Assembly: GCF_006345805.1 (NCBI RefSeq)
Contig: NC_043010.1
Span: 35,030,001 to 35,094,000 of the forward strand
Length of the DNA: 64,000 nucleotides
Direction: 5' to 3'
From: Octopus sinensis
Lineage: Eukaryota
Under the pieces are notes generated by a model. The model was not told the origin of the DNA, searched no databases, and saw nothing but the letters and a program-made list of their open reading frames with translations. How positions within the stretch are numbered: position 1 is the stretch's first letter; every line of letters starts with the position of its first letter. Both the position numbers and the translations under genes were made by a program. This document shows positions 39,571 to 52,480 of this stretch, piece after piece.

Positions 39571-42410
39571 ACCACTCAACAATAGAATAAGTACAAGGCA
39601 CTAAATATAAATAAGTTCTGGGATCAATTTGTTCGAATAATATAAATACTTTTATTTCTTTGCTTGTTTCAGTCACTAGACTGCAACCCCAGGCAGTAAT
39701 GCCTGGTACTTATTCTATGGGTCTCTTTCACCTAAATGCTAATTCATAGGAATGTAAACAAACTAACACCTGTTGTCAAGCGGTGTTAGGAGACAACCCC
39801 GGACACAAACACACACAGGTGGAGGTCTACAATCCGCTACCCATTCAAGTTGAATTTTCTCTACTTTGACAAGGTTTTTCATAATTTTTTTACCATGGCT
39901 TTCAAAATGATGCAGCAAATCATTCAATGATGTAGGGAGAAGGGAATTCCCAAGGGATGGGGGTAAGGGATTTTCACAACTACATTTAAAATATCCATGA
40001 GTATCCATTTCAAATCAAGTTAGGTTAGAACACACATCAAATGAAAATATTTATGTGTGTTTGCAAATGCCACAACCAACTTTTGATAATTCTATATAAG
40101 CAACACCAAACTAGAATATTGTTTTAATAACAACTGGTGTCTCTAAAGTTGCAAAAATTTTATGAATGCTGGCCTTGTTAAGTGGAGGAAAGAAAACCAG
40201 ACAAGTTTTCATACTTGCATGGACGGAATGAAACTAACAGTCTCTCCCTTCCTGCCAACATCTCCTTTTTCTCTACCAGCCCCATGCCCTCTTAGGTACC
40301 AGCGCCCACCTGGACTGTCTCAACACCCACTGGGATGCAGTAACATCCACTTTGAGAACCTTTGCTTTAAAGTTACATGGAGTTAGAACATGTGGTTCTT
40401 TTCTGTTTGGCTGCAGCTGAGGGAATTTCAAAGTTTATTGAAAATTTTAAAATTTGGAGAATTAATGTAATTTTCCAAGCTGAATCTCCTGAGATATTTC
40501 ACTTTTTTCAGAAAATTTGTTTTTTCAAATTATAGAGGTTTAAAGTTTGATAATTTTCACCCATTCAGAAAACAGGATTTGGAAGCTGTCATTTTGTGTC
40601 TGACATTGAGTTGTCAACATTCTGAAAAGAGCAGGTTTTAATATGAAAGTGTAAATAAATCAATTTTTGCTTTAAGTATGACATATAAACCCACATGATG
40701 TTTTTGAAAATTTGTATTCTACACTCAGGAATTCATACAATTATGCAAAAACCAAAAAGAAAAAAAAATTAGGTGTGTATGATTTAAGCACCACTACACT
40801 CTCGGAGTGGTTGGCGTTAGGAAGGGCATCCAGCTGTAGAAACTTTGCCAGATCAGATTGGAGCTTGGTGCAGCCATCTGGTTCACCAGTCCTCAGTCAA
40901 ATTGTCCAACCCATGCTAGCATGGAGAGCGGACGCTACATGATAATGATGAGGATGATGATGATGCATGTGTGTATAGTCACATTACACAAACAAATACA
41001 CAAACTCATATATACTTGTACATACTTCAAAATTAACAGGTGTGAAATAACATTGTAAATACAATGTATAATCTAATCTCAATAATAAGACCTGATTTCA
41101 GGTAAGTTGGAGGTGTGTGACGATGAAGATAAAAGCACTGTTGTACTTAACACTGGTTGAGTTAGGTACAGTGGGTTATAAAGGCCTGTATTGGATTACA
41201 ATAGTATATAGTGTGCTACAGTGGTTTTTAACAGTAGCATGTAATGATTTACAATGACATTACAGTATTCTATAGTGGTGTAAACTATTATATAATGTGT
41301 TATTGTAGTCTGTAAATCATATTAGGTTAATCTATATTATAACAGTAAAATATAATAATGATTTTAAATTTTGGTACAGGGATAGAAGTTTGAGGGGAGG
41401 GGGATAAGTCAATTAGATTGACTCCAGTGTTCCACTGGTTCTTATTTTATTGACCCCAAAAGGATGAAAAGTAAAGTCAACCTCAGTGGAATTTGAACTA
41501 AGAATGTAGAGATGGACAAAATGCCACAAAGCATTTTTCCCAGCATGGTAATGATTCTGCCAGATTGCTACCAAACAGTATAATATACTAATAATATGTC
41601 GTTTTTGGATTTGGTTTGCAAGATTCTTTATATGAGTTCATATGTTGAAGCATATTCTGTTGTGTCTGGGGAGAGTCATTTTCTTTTTGTGCCTTATAAT
41701 GTAACACACTCACCAGTAAAGACTATTGAAAAGGTTGCAAGACGCAACGGAAAATTTAGGAAAATAGAAATAAGAAATAAGTGGAAATTTTACCGGCACA
41801 AAAAGAAAATGACTCTCCCAGACACAACAGAATACTAATAATATTTTCTTCTACAGGCACAAAGTCTGAAATTTTGTAGAGAAGGTGCAAATTGATTACA
41901 TTGAGCCTGGTGCTCAACTGGTACTTATTTTATTGACCTCAAAAGATGAAAGGCAAAGTTGACTTAAGTGACATATGAACTCAAAATGTAATACTATAAA
42001 AAGTGCTACTAAGTATTTTGTCTGGTGTGCTAATGATTCTGTCAAAGTACCCAAGCGCACTACAACTTGTTGGAAAAGGGTGAAAGAGGGAACAGAAAAC
42101 AACAAGTTGTGTGAAGAAAGACAGTAATGATAACAAAACGTGCATGCACAATACTCATAATAAAGCACAAAATGACAGAAATGTGAACAGTAAAAGAGCC
42201 ATAAAGAGGAAAGGATGCATTGGTGCATTAGGGATAATGCTGGCAAATTTTGGGAAACATGGGACTTTTGAAGGATGCAGTGTCCTGAAAGCTAATAACT
42301 GATGTTGTTACTTTAATTCCTTGCTTTGACAATCTTAGTGTGGAAAAAATGTTCCCAAAAGTTATACGAGCTGTGCTGTTTTTTGATTTTATGATCATCT
42401 CCATGGGTAG

Positions 42411-42441
<31 letters not shown>

Positions 42442-43720
42442 TTAGCGTCTGCTTTCCATGCTAACATAGGTTGAACGGTTCAACTGGGGTCTGGGAAGCC
42501 AGAAGGCTGCACCAGGCCCAGTCTGATCTGGCAATGTTTCTACGGCTGGATGCCCTTCCTAACGCCAACCACTCCGTGAGTGTAGTGGGTGCTTTTTACA
42601 TGCCACCGGCACAGGTGCCAGACGGGGCTGGCAAACGGCCACGGTCAGATGGTGCTTTTTACGTGCCACCGGCACGGAGGCTCATCAGAGCGGCGCTGGC
42701 AACGGCCACGTTCAGATGGTTCGCTTACGTGCCACCAGCACTGGTATCACAGCTGCAATTTCCATTGATGTTGATCGATTTTGATTTCGATTCTGATTCT
42801 GATTCTCACTTGCCTCAAACAGGTCTTCAATAAATTCAAAAAGGTGGCTAAAGTTGTTATTGAAAACATGGAGGATAATTTTGTGGGCTTCTACAAAGTC
42901 TGCTGCTAGACACCAAAACTTTAATGTGTCAAAGCCCATAGAAGCAAGAAATTGAAGCTATGGTAAATGACTGAAAAAGAGTATTCATTTTGTTGCACAT
43001 TTTCCAGTGATTTATAGAGTTTTTATATAGAGTTTGCCAGGAACAGTGAAACATTGCAAATTATTATGTATTAGTGATCTGCAGTTACAACAAAATCCAT
43101 AAAAATAAAAACAGTAAATTGAACATCATCATCAACAACAATCACAAAAAATAAAAATTAAAAAAAAAAACAAGCATAACAGCTGTGTAGACAGTGTTAA
43201 TTTATGACAGACTGATGTACTAGACAGATAACTAGGTGTTCATTGCCACACTTATTGAAGTGTTTCAACTAACATAAAACAAAAGAAAAGAAAGAAAAAA
43301 ATGATCCCAACTTGAAACAATAGTTTGGAGTCAAAGGTCTAGTAGTTGACACGCTTCATGTACTTTATTAGCCAAGGGACTAGATAATAAAAGAGTGAAG
43401 CAGCTTTGCTCAATATATCGGAAAGGAATAAGTAGAAGTTCAATTTTTTGGATATTCAGCACAAAAAATAAGCATACAGCAAGACCATTGCCAGGAAGAC
43501 AGAAGAACCAGGACTTCTAATGTGATAAATATACAGTATAGGCATAGGAGTGGCTGTGTGGTTAGTAGCTTGCTTATGAACCACATGGTTCCGGGTTCAG
43601 TCCCACTGCGGGGCACCTTGGGCAAGTGTCTTCTACTATAGCCTCGGGCCAACCAAAGCCTTGTGAGTGGATTTGGTAGACGGAAACTGAAAGAAGCCCG
43701 TCGTAAATATGTATATATAT

Positions 43721-43778
<58 letters not shown>

Positions 43779-43858
43779 ATAATAAATATTAGGGAATAAA
43801 TCCAAATTTACAGGGAAAAAATCAGATTTAGGATTAAATCGATTTTATAGTAAAATAT

Positions 43859-44149
43859 TATAAAATATTATTCGAGACAAAACCACTATTTTGCAAAACA
43901 AACAAGGAAAGACTTAATCAATACATAAAATTTTAATAAATAGTCAAAAAAACCGCCACTACAATCGTTTCTTGTCTTGATCGACAATCTTCATAATTTG
44001 ACACTGAATTATTGGAAGTCCACCTGAAGATTGTCGATCAAGACAAGAAACGATTGTAGTGGCGGTTTTTTTGACTATTTATTAAAATTTTATGTATTGA
44101 TTAAGTCTTTCCTTGTTTGTTTTGCAAAATAGTGGTTTTGTCTCGAATA

Positions 44150-44159
<10 letters not shown>
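43859..44159. mobile_element. Perfect fold-back (135-bp arms, 31-nt spacer) inside the (TA)n linker of a SINE-B
   Basis: 43859-43993 is the exact reverse complement of 44025-44159. Confidence 0.9.
44020..44062 (+). ncRNA. Minimal type I hammerhead ribozyme, canonical core
   Basis: CCAC-CTGAAGA-TTGTC(GATCAA)GACAA-GAAAC-GATT-GTA^GTGG. Confidence 0.75.
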
Positions 44160-44198
<39 letters not shown>

Positions 44199-46299
44199 AT
44201 GTGTATATGTGTATATGTTTGCGTGTCTGTGTTTGTTCCCCCAACATCGCTTGACAACTGATGCTGGTGTGTTTACGTCCCCGTCTCTTAGCGGTTCGGC
44301 AAAAGAGACCGATAGAATAAGTACTGGGCTTACAAAGAATAAGTCCTGGGGTCTATTTGCTCGACTAAAGGCGGTGCTCCAGCATGGCCGCAGTCAAATG
44401 ACTGAAACAAGTAAAAGAGTAAAAGAGTAAAAGAGAGTATATTGGTTTCAAATTTTGGTACATGGCCAGCAATTTCAGAGGAGGGGTAAGTAGATTACAT
44501 CACCCATGGTGTAAGTCTGGATGTATTTCTCCTCCACTTATAACTGTAATTCATTGACTAGTTAATTCCATTAATCAAACAACTGAAACATTAATTTAGT
44601 AAAATTGTCACAAGATCCATTCAGTATTTAATCTAGTTAAACATAGTAAAGCAACAGCTTGTGAAAATGCATGTAGAAGACATGATGAAATACTAGTAGT
44701 GTTGATAGTAATGGTAGTGGTGGTACAGGTGCTGGTGCTGGTGGTCGAAGCAGTAGTGGCAACAGAGGTGGTGGTAGCAGTGGTGATGGTGTAGGTGGTT
44801 GATGAAAGTCCCTGAGAAATGCAGTCAATGCAAAAACAGATTTGGGGAAAAAGAATTCTGAGGGAGATGGAAGATGGAAAGGTGATATTCTAAACCATAG
44901 TTGTGGGTCTTTAGCTCTTGTTTTTTTTTTTGTTTTTTTTTTAATGAAATTGGTTTGAAACAAACTGGTTGGAAGCATTTGGTTAAGCTACACCTGTATT
45001 TGAAGACTGAACTTTATTGCAAAAGGTGTCACGTTGATTCAATTCAGTCTGAGGGATTTATTAAGGACACAAGTGTCTGTGGAACACTCAGCAAATTATA
45101 TAATTCAATGAACTGGTCATGCATTGAGTCTTTGAGCAAGACACTTTATTTCATGTTGCTCCAGTCGATTCAGCTGGCAAAATTGAGTAGGACCTATATT
45201 TCAAAGGTCAGCCTTATTACATTCAGTGCCATCTGAATATCCCTTGGAACTACATCAAGGGTACACATGTCTGTGGAGTGCTCAACCACTTTCACGCCAA
45301 TTTCACAAGCAGAGTGTTCCGTTGATCAGATTAACCAGAACCCTTGTTGTTGTAACTGACAGAGTGCTGGCACATGTGCACGCATGTGCATGTGTGTGTG
45401 TGAGTGCTTGTGTGTGTAACTCAGGGTTCCTAACTTGTGCTTGCCTAAAGAATTACATTGCTGCAACTGGGGACAGAAGTCTATAAGGAATTCTCAGCCT
45501 CTTGCAACTGTAACTCGATGAATGGTTAATTCCAATGACCAAAGAGCCAAAACATTAATTTAGTAAAAACATCAAAGGATTCATTAAGTATTTAAACTAA
45601 TTGAATGGAGCATAGTAACAGCTTGTGAAAATGTCACTGAAAGTGGTGGTGGTAGTGGTGGATGAGAGTTTTTGAGAAGCTCAGCTATTGACAAAGAAAC
45701 AGATATGAGGGAGAGATTATTTCTAAAAGAGATGGAAGAAAGAAAAGCAATATTTTAAACCATGGCTGTAGGTCAACTTTAGCATTTTTTTAAAACTGAA
45801 ATTGATCAGGCTAGTTAAAACTAGTAAAGCAACAACTTGATAAAAATGTCTGTAGATAGCATAAGTCATGGGAGAAGTGGGTGAGTGAGTCAAAGAGAAA
45901 TTCAGTTAATGCAAAGGACAGCTTAATTCCAAGGGAGACAGAAGTAGGAAATGCAGGCAAGGTATACATATATTATGTACACTGTAATAGTTGGACTGGT
46001 GCCTTCATCTTGATTATTAATTTCACTATGTTTCGGCTGTTGTATGCCCCACCCTTCTTGAAGTGTCTTGCGTTGAATTCGGTTGATGTATTGGAATTTT
46101 GAACCTAACCCTTTATTTGATCCACAGGGATATGCTGTTCTTGTTCCGCTCTGTGTTTTATGACACTTTTACTTCAGTTTATTTTTTTGTGAATTACCTT
46201 GTTGCTTTGCTTGGGATTGAACTCTGAACCTCAATTAATTTTTCCTCTTTGGTTTTATATTGCTTATAGACACCTTCATTAATTTGTGTGTATGTGTGT

Positions 46300-47400
46300 G
46301 AGACTCAACTGTCAGCTGTGGACAGTAGAGTGGCGCTGGGAAGGGGAGCTCCCTATTCTGAAGAACAGGCTAAGCTGCTACCAGCATACCTTGACATGCC
46401 AGGAGTGAGTTTGAAGGAGTAGTAGAGAGGTGGATTAAGGAGAGTGTCTTTATCCCGTGGAAGAAGCAGGTGGTAAGCAGAGTGCTACCACTAATTGCAG
46501 TGATGCAGCCAACAAAAGGTAAAGTCAGGCTGGTACTGAACTTTTGAGAGATGAATGGTCATGTATCATGCCATACAGGTGGGAGGTGACTGACGTCTGT
46601 GGTGAGATGCTGCATGAGTGGAGACAGATGACAAAAGCAGCAATGACTGTTGACTTGAAGTCCGCATATTTTCAATGAGAAACTGTGGCAGTATCAGCCA
46701 GTGTGATACAAGGACCAGACATACCGTTTAAAGGCAGCAAGCTGGCAGAAACGTTAGCACACCGTGCGAAATGCTTAGTGGTATTTCGTCTGCCCTTGTT
46801 TGTCCCTTCTGTGTTTAGCCCCTTGTAGGTAGTAAAGAAATAGGTATTTCATTTGCCGCTACGTTCTTAGTTCAAATTCTGCCGAGGTCAACTTTGCCTT
46901 TCATCCTTTCGGGGTCGATTAAATAAGTACCAGTTATGCACTGGGGTCGATATAATTGACTTAATCCGTTTGTCTGTCCTTGTTTGTCCTCTCTGTGTGT
47001 AGCCCATTGTGGGCAGTAAAGAAATAATACTGTTTGACTAGGTTAGGTTTTGAGCTAAATTCTACACCAAAGATCATGGTGACAGTACTCAAGTCTATCC
47101 TGGGAAAGGTGGACAGGATAAGAAAGTCCACTAATTCCTATACAGATGACATTTTGGTAGATGAGACCGTAGTGTCTGCCACAGAAGCTGAAAGTCATCT
47201 CAAGAAGTTCGGGCTGATTGCAAAGCCACCAGAGCCTAGAGAGGATAAGAGCAGAAGACCCAGTAAGAAGGAAGTGGTACATGCCCAAATTGGAGAATGG
47301 GGCCGTATGGTGCAATGCTAGCAGCATAGCAATAGTTGTACTGGAAATCAGAAGTATCAAAGTGGAGGATGTGGCCTGGCTTCAAAAAGCTGATGATTGT
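46300..47400 (+). mobile_element. Gypsy-like LTR-retrotransposon RT relic interrupted by a SINE-C dimer
   Basis: VLPLIAVMQPTKGKVRLVLNF...VDLKSAYF...[SINE 46730-47026, TSD atacYgttt]...CLTRLGFELNSTPKIM...NSYTDDILVD. Confidence 0.7.
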
Positions 47401-47604
47401 TATCAACCTTTTCTTTGTAAAAGTTAAGAAATATGTACTTGACTAAACAGTTTTGAGTAATCCTTCAATTTAATGCTACAGTGTTTTATATATAATTTGG
47501 CATAAAAACATATGTATATACTCATCATCATCATCGTCATCGTTTAGCGTCGATGATGATGATGATGATGAGTATATACATATGTTTTTATGCCAAGTAC
47601 ATAC

Positions 47605-47639
<35 letters not shown>

Positions 47640-48041
47640 ACGTATATATGTATATCTGATAAGCTTCTTTTTCAGTTTCCCTCAATCAAATCCACTTACA
47701 AGGCTTTGATTGGCACAGATCTATAGCAAAAAACACTAGCCCAAGGCATCACACAGTGGGATTGAACCCAAAATGACATGGTTAGCAAATGAACATCATA
47801 ACCACACAGCCATGCCACTACCAGTGGATCAGAAAATATTTATAAGGAGTCTATGGCTTGAAAAAAAACATATATAAGCTACAGTGGATCAGAGGAAAGG
47901 CTAAAGAAATTTAAAGTCATCATTATTCACATATACATAAAACATATGCAAGTTAATCTTCTATGATTACATAATGTTTACACAGTAATAACAATAATTC
48001 TTTCAAGATTGATTGTGTTAGAAAGAAATTTCTATACATAC

Positions 48042-48164
48042 ATGTTCACCAACGAATCCTGTACCACAAGCAATATCAAGAATTTTAGCATTTTTATTTG
48101 GAATGTTGTCGTTGACAGCCTTGGAAACCAGATATGGTCCCTTGTAAACATTGTTACTCATAGA
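48042..48164 (-). CDS. METTL27: METTL27-like, coding exon 2 (41 aa, SAM-binding motif I)
   Basis: Acceptor ttttatattgtAG|, donor |GTATGT, phase 0-0, 123 nt. Reads SMSNNVYKGPYLVSKAVNDNIPNKNAKILDIACGTGFVGEH (ILDIACGTG is motif I). Not in the supplied ORF track. Confidence 0.88.
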
Positions 48165-48265
48165 CTACAATATAAAAAAAATATAGAAATTTATAAATGA
48201 ATATATTAGTATTATTCTGAATAAAATCAACATTTCTTTTTTCAACTATTAAACTCATCTATAGA

Positions 48266-48299
<34 letters not shown>

Positions 48300-48518
48300 G
48301 AAATATGTTACAAAAAGAAAATAGAAATTACACATGGAAATGTAAGAAGAAAATATGTGAAAATATTGGAAACCCAAAAGAGTAAAGGCTTTTTTATGAA
48401 TAGTAACAATAGCTCTATCGTTACTTTTCATAAAAAGCCTTTACTTTTTGGGGTTTCCAACGTGCATTTTCGCGTTTTTCTTCTAACTTCCCCCTATATA
48501 TATATATATATATATATA

Positions 48519-49240
48519 CAGGGTGCATAAGATATTACAGGACAGATTTATGTTTATAAAAAAAAAAAACAGATATATAATAACAGATAACTTTATTTAT
48601 CAAAAAATGCTATGAGGATAAAAATAAACCTTCTTTTCTATAATGTTATTCAATAAAGCCACCTTCAGCTTCAATAACTGTTTCTATACAAGATCTAAAT
48701 CATCTACATGCTCGAATCAAGTGATCCTGGTTCATTTTGGACATTACTCTGATTATGGCAAATTTCAAAGAATTTTTGGTGTTATGAGTGTGTTCATTGA
48801 GCTCTCTCTCAACAACGCTCCACATGTAATAGTCCAATGGATTGAGATCTGGGGAATTGGTAGGCCAAATGTTAGGGGTTGTGTGATCATGAAAATTTTC
48901 AGCCATCTATTCCTGTGTTACCAGAGCCATGTGTGATAGTAGAGAGTCTTACTGAAACACATATGGCCTTCCATCGCATACACTGTCTATCCAGGGCTTA
49001 ACAATTATTTCCAGGGCCTCAATGTGGGTGGCAGAGTTAACTCTAAGGCCTTGTGGAAAGAAGTAAGGAGGCATCACATGTCCTTCATTGCTAGCAACCC
49101 CCAAAACCATGACAGTTGCAGGAAATTTTGTATGTATAACACTTGGAACTTCAGAAGGGTCTGCACATAACCATCTGTCATTTTTTCTGTTAACTTTTTG
49201 ATCTTAGTCAAAGTTTTTCTCGTTTGAGAAAAACCAAATC
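48519..49240 (-). mobile_element. Tc1/mariner-superfamily (maT-like) relic
   Basis: TA|CAGGGTG end; PNIWPTNSPDLNPLDYYMWSVVEREL. Confidence 0.75.
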
Positions 49241-49822
49241 AAATCTTCTGCTGGATTTTTCAGTTTGTTTATGAGCCTTTTAGATCTGATGTAGTGATTT
49301 TCTTTTGCTTTTACTAAGAAATTGACCTTTCCTCATAATATAAGACTTATATCTGATGTCTTCGTGGACATTTCTGACTTTCCTTCTATCTGAACAATTA
49401 CCAGATAGGGGAGCTCACACATTTATACACAACATTGTACCACACAGAAAGACAAATACATACGCACACACACACACACACACATATACAATGGGCTTCT
49501 TTCAGTTTCTCTCTAACAAATCCACTCACAAGGCTTTGGCTGGCCCGAGGCTATAGTAGAAGACACTTGCCCAAGGTGTCACTCCTGTGTATGTTTCTGT
49601 CATTTTGTCTTGACATGACAATGTTATAAATGAATGTTATTCATTTCCAATATTCTGAGAAAATATATCTGACCATGGGGAAATATTACCTTACTTGGAA
49701 ATAGATAAAGGTTGATGACAGGAAGAGCAATCCAGCCATAGAAAATCTATCTCAATCTATCTCTGTCCTACACATGCTTGCATGGAAAAATGGACATTAA
49801 AATGATGATGATAATGGTAATA

Positions 49823-49865
<43 letters not shown>

Positions 49866-51698
49866 CAACGACGATGATGATGGTGATGGTGATGATGATG
49901 ATGACAACAATGATGACAAATGGGTACAAAAACTGGCACATTGTCAGAGATTAAATGGCAACAGAGAAGAACCTTTTATATATATATGGAGATAGGTAGA
50001 AAGATAGACAGACCAACAGGCAGGAAGATAACAGGATCAGTAAAAGAGAAGAGAAAGGTTGTGGATGGTGCGACAGACAAGGCTGCATGCAGTAGTGATA
50101 GAAATGGTAGTGATGATAGCAGAGGAGCTGACGATGAAGATAATAGTCGCTGCGGTGGTGATGACAATGGTGATGGCGATGGTGACAATGACGACGATGA
50201 AGAGAGTGGAGATATTCTCAAGAAACAAGGTCTCCAAAACTAACGTGCTGTCAAGGAATAGGAGAGATTTATTATCTGGAAGACTTTACCACAGTCATGG
50301 ACATGTTTCTGCTTCAATAGGCATCATTATCACAGCAGTTGTCCAACCTTATCTACAATAGCCAATGATCATCATTTGAGTACTTCTAAAAGACATACAG
50401 TGACAGTTTGAATGCCTTTAAAGAAAGGCAGGCAGTTAGAAAGGCTCATGTTTTCTTGCATCATGTATCTACACATAAGTTGGACATTTCATTTTCAAAA
50501 TATTTTTGTATCAAATGCTAAACTATTGTAGATACTAGATACACTATGCTCAGGGCCTCGGGAAGAAATTTTGCAAAGCGGGGTCAAAAATGCTTTTGGT
50601 TTGACCCCTAGACAAGAGAACTCCTCTCAAAATTCAAGGGGAATTTAGTTATATTTTGTTTTTGTTTTTTTTGTTTTGTTTTTTATCTGCCCATTTCTGA
50701 AGGAGGTACTGAAGGCCCCATTAGATATTCATGGACTGTTCCTTGGTCCTTTGGACCTTGGAACAATGTACCAGCTGAATTCCCTCTTATGGGCCCTGAT
50801 TATGATAGATCTACTGAGGTAATCAAACCCTACTATGAAACCCTAGCATATATCAGTCTTTTAATTTGTACTGTTGTTCCACATTATCTAGATTTTGTTT
50901 CTGAAGGGATGGTGACTTCCATATTTTTTCTCCTCTTTCCTCATATCTTCATCTGTACCTGATTATTCTATCACCCCCCACCACGACCACCACCACAGCA
51001 CAGTTATTAATTTCAGGAGAGTGTAATCCAGTGGTCCTCTACTATTTGAAACAGCTATTTCAACGCTATTTGAAACAGGTTCGTAGCCTGCAAAATATCC
51101 GTTGTGAGTCAACGACAGTTATCTCCCCTGTTGAATATTCTAGAACATCCCAGCGAATTTGGTTTGCTCACCTTTTGCTAGCATACATGGCACAACTGCT
51201 AAATGACACACAGGTGGGCGTTAGAAGTATATCGCCTACTTAAGAGTTTATTCCAATTCAACTTTTTCTCTTTTTCTCTACAACGCAAGATCAACTTCAG
51301 AGAGCCAGACACACGGATTTCGATATCCTTTCCTACCAGCAGCTCCCTATGGTATTCTATGCCTAGTGCCTGTCTGAAAGTAAATTTTGCAGTTTGAATT
51401 CCTTCTACTTTCTCATTGTCATCATGAAACATGGCAAGATGTTCAGAATCTTTTTCTTCATCCCAGTTAACTTTACTGAACATTGTGTACTCACTGTATG
51501 AGTTCATTTATTCCTCATCTGAATAAAAATTTGGACACGAACTTGTTCACGCACAGACACGAGTGTTGTTATTTACTGCACCAGAGGCATTTCGCAGCCG
51601 TTGGATTAATGACTCAGTCCAATTATTAAAGTGTTGACATTTTCATTAGCGACATCCCTCGCTAAAGACCCCTTTGATTACTATTCTATTCTGGTAGA

Positions 51699-52480
51699 GG
51701 ATCTTTTCTTTTTGAATAGCACACAATTTCTAGTTAACTAAACACTTTAAAACTTCGTATACTGGTAGAATGTGTCAAAATAAAACATTTTTTTCCTCTT
51801 GGCTTTCTTGATAAAATTGTAATTTGTTTGTTTAAAGTAGTTTAATTTTTCGAATTTTAACCAATGAATCGCCTCTAATTGAGCTAAAATCATTTGTTGC
51901 GTCTAAAACTGAGACAACATCCTGTCACTAACCCTAAACCTAAACCTAACCCTAAATTTTTTCTTCTTAATTGTTAAATTAATTTAATTGTTACACGTGT
52001 AAAAAAAACGAAAGCAATCGAAAATAATTTAAACAATTAACAAACAAAATAATTCTATAATTTTATAATTTCCGTAACACACGTTTTCCGTATACGTACG
52101 GAAAGCGTGTGTATAAAATTATAGAATTATTTTGTTTGTTAATTGTTTAAATTATTTTTATCGCTTTCGTTTTTTTACACGCGTAACAATTAAATTAATT
52201 TAACAATTAAGAAGAAAAAATTAGGGTTAGGGTTAGTGACAGGATGTTGTCTCAGTTTTAGACGCAGCAAATGATTTTAGCTCAATGGAGGTAATCGATT
52301 GGTTAAAATTGCCGAAATGCTCGAAATTTCAGACGAAATATCTTACAAACTATAGAATTTTCTCAATAAAACCAAGAGAAAATGATGTTTTATAAACACA
52401 TTCTACCAGTATACGAAGTTTAAAACTTTTTAGTTACCTAGAAATTATGTTACAAAGTGCCGTTCAAAAGGAAAAGATCC
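51699..52480. mobile_element. 782-bp palindromic MITE with an 8-bp TSD (Merlin-like)
   Basis: CTGGTAGA at 51691-51698 and 52481-52488. Termini GGATCTTTTC and GAAAAGATCC. The arms converge at about 52095, with internal TAACCC/GGGTTA repeats. Confidence 0.8.

Noticed and set aside
41725-41760. TTGAAAA-G-GTTGC...GCAAC-G-GAAA as a U3-A8 hammerhead
   Set aside because: The stem II closing pair is G-G, stem III is unconvincing and stem I has only 3 bp.
46025-46070. Minus-strand GCC-GAAACATA-GTG resembling an HHR 3' half
   Set aside because: The 5' core cannot be registered. At best it is a highly decayed relic.
51928-52238. TTAGGG-like repeats as a telomere or fusion site
   Set aside because: There are only 2-4 imperfect units, placed symmetrically inside a TSD-bounded MITE.
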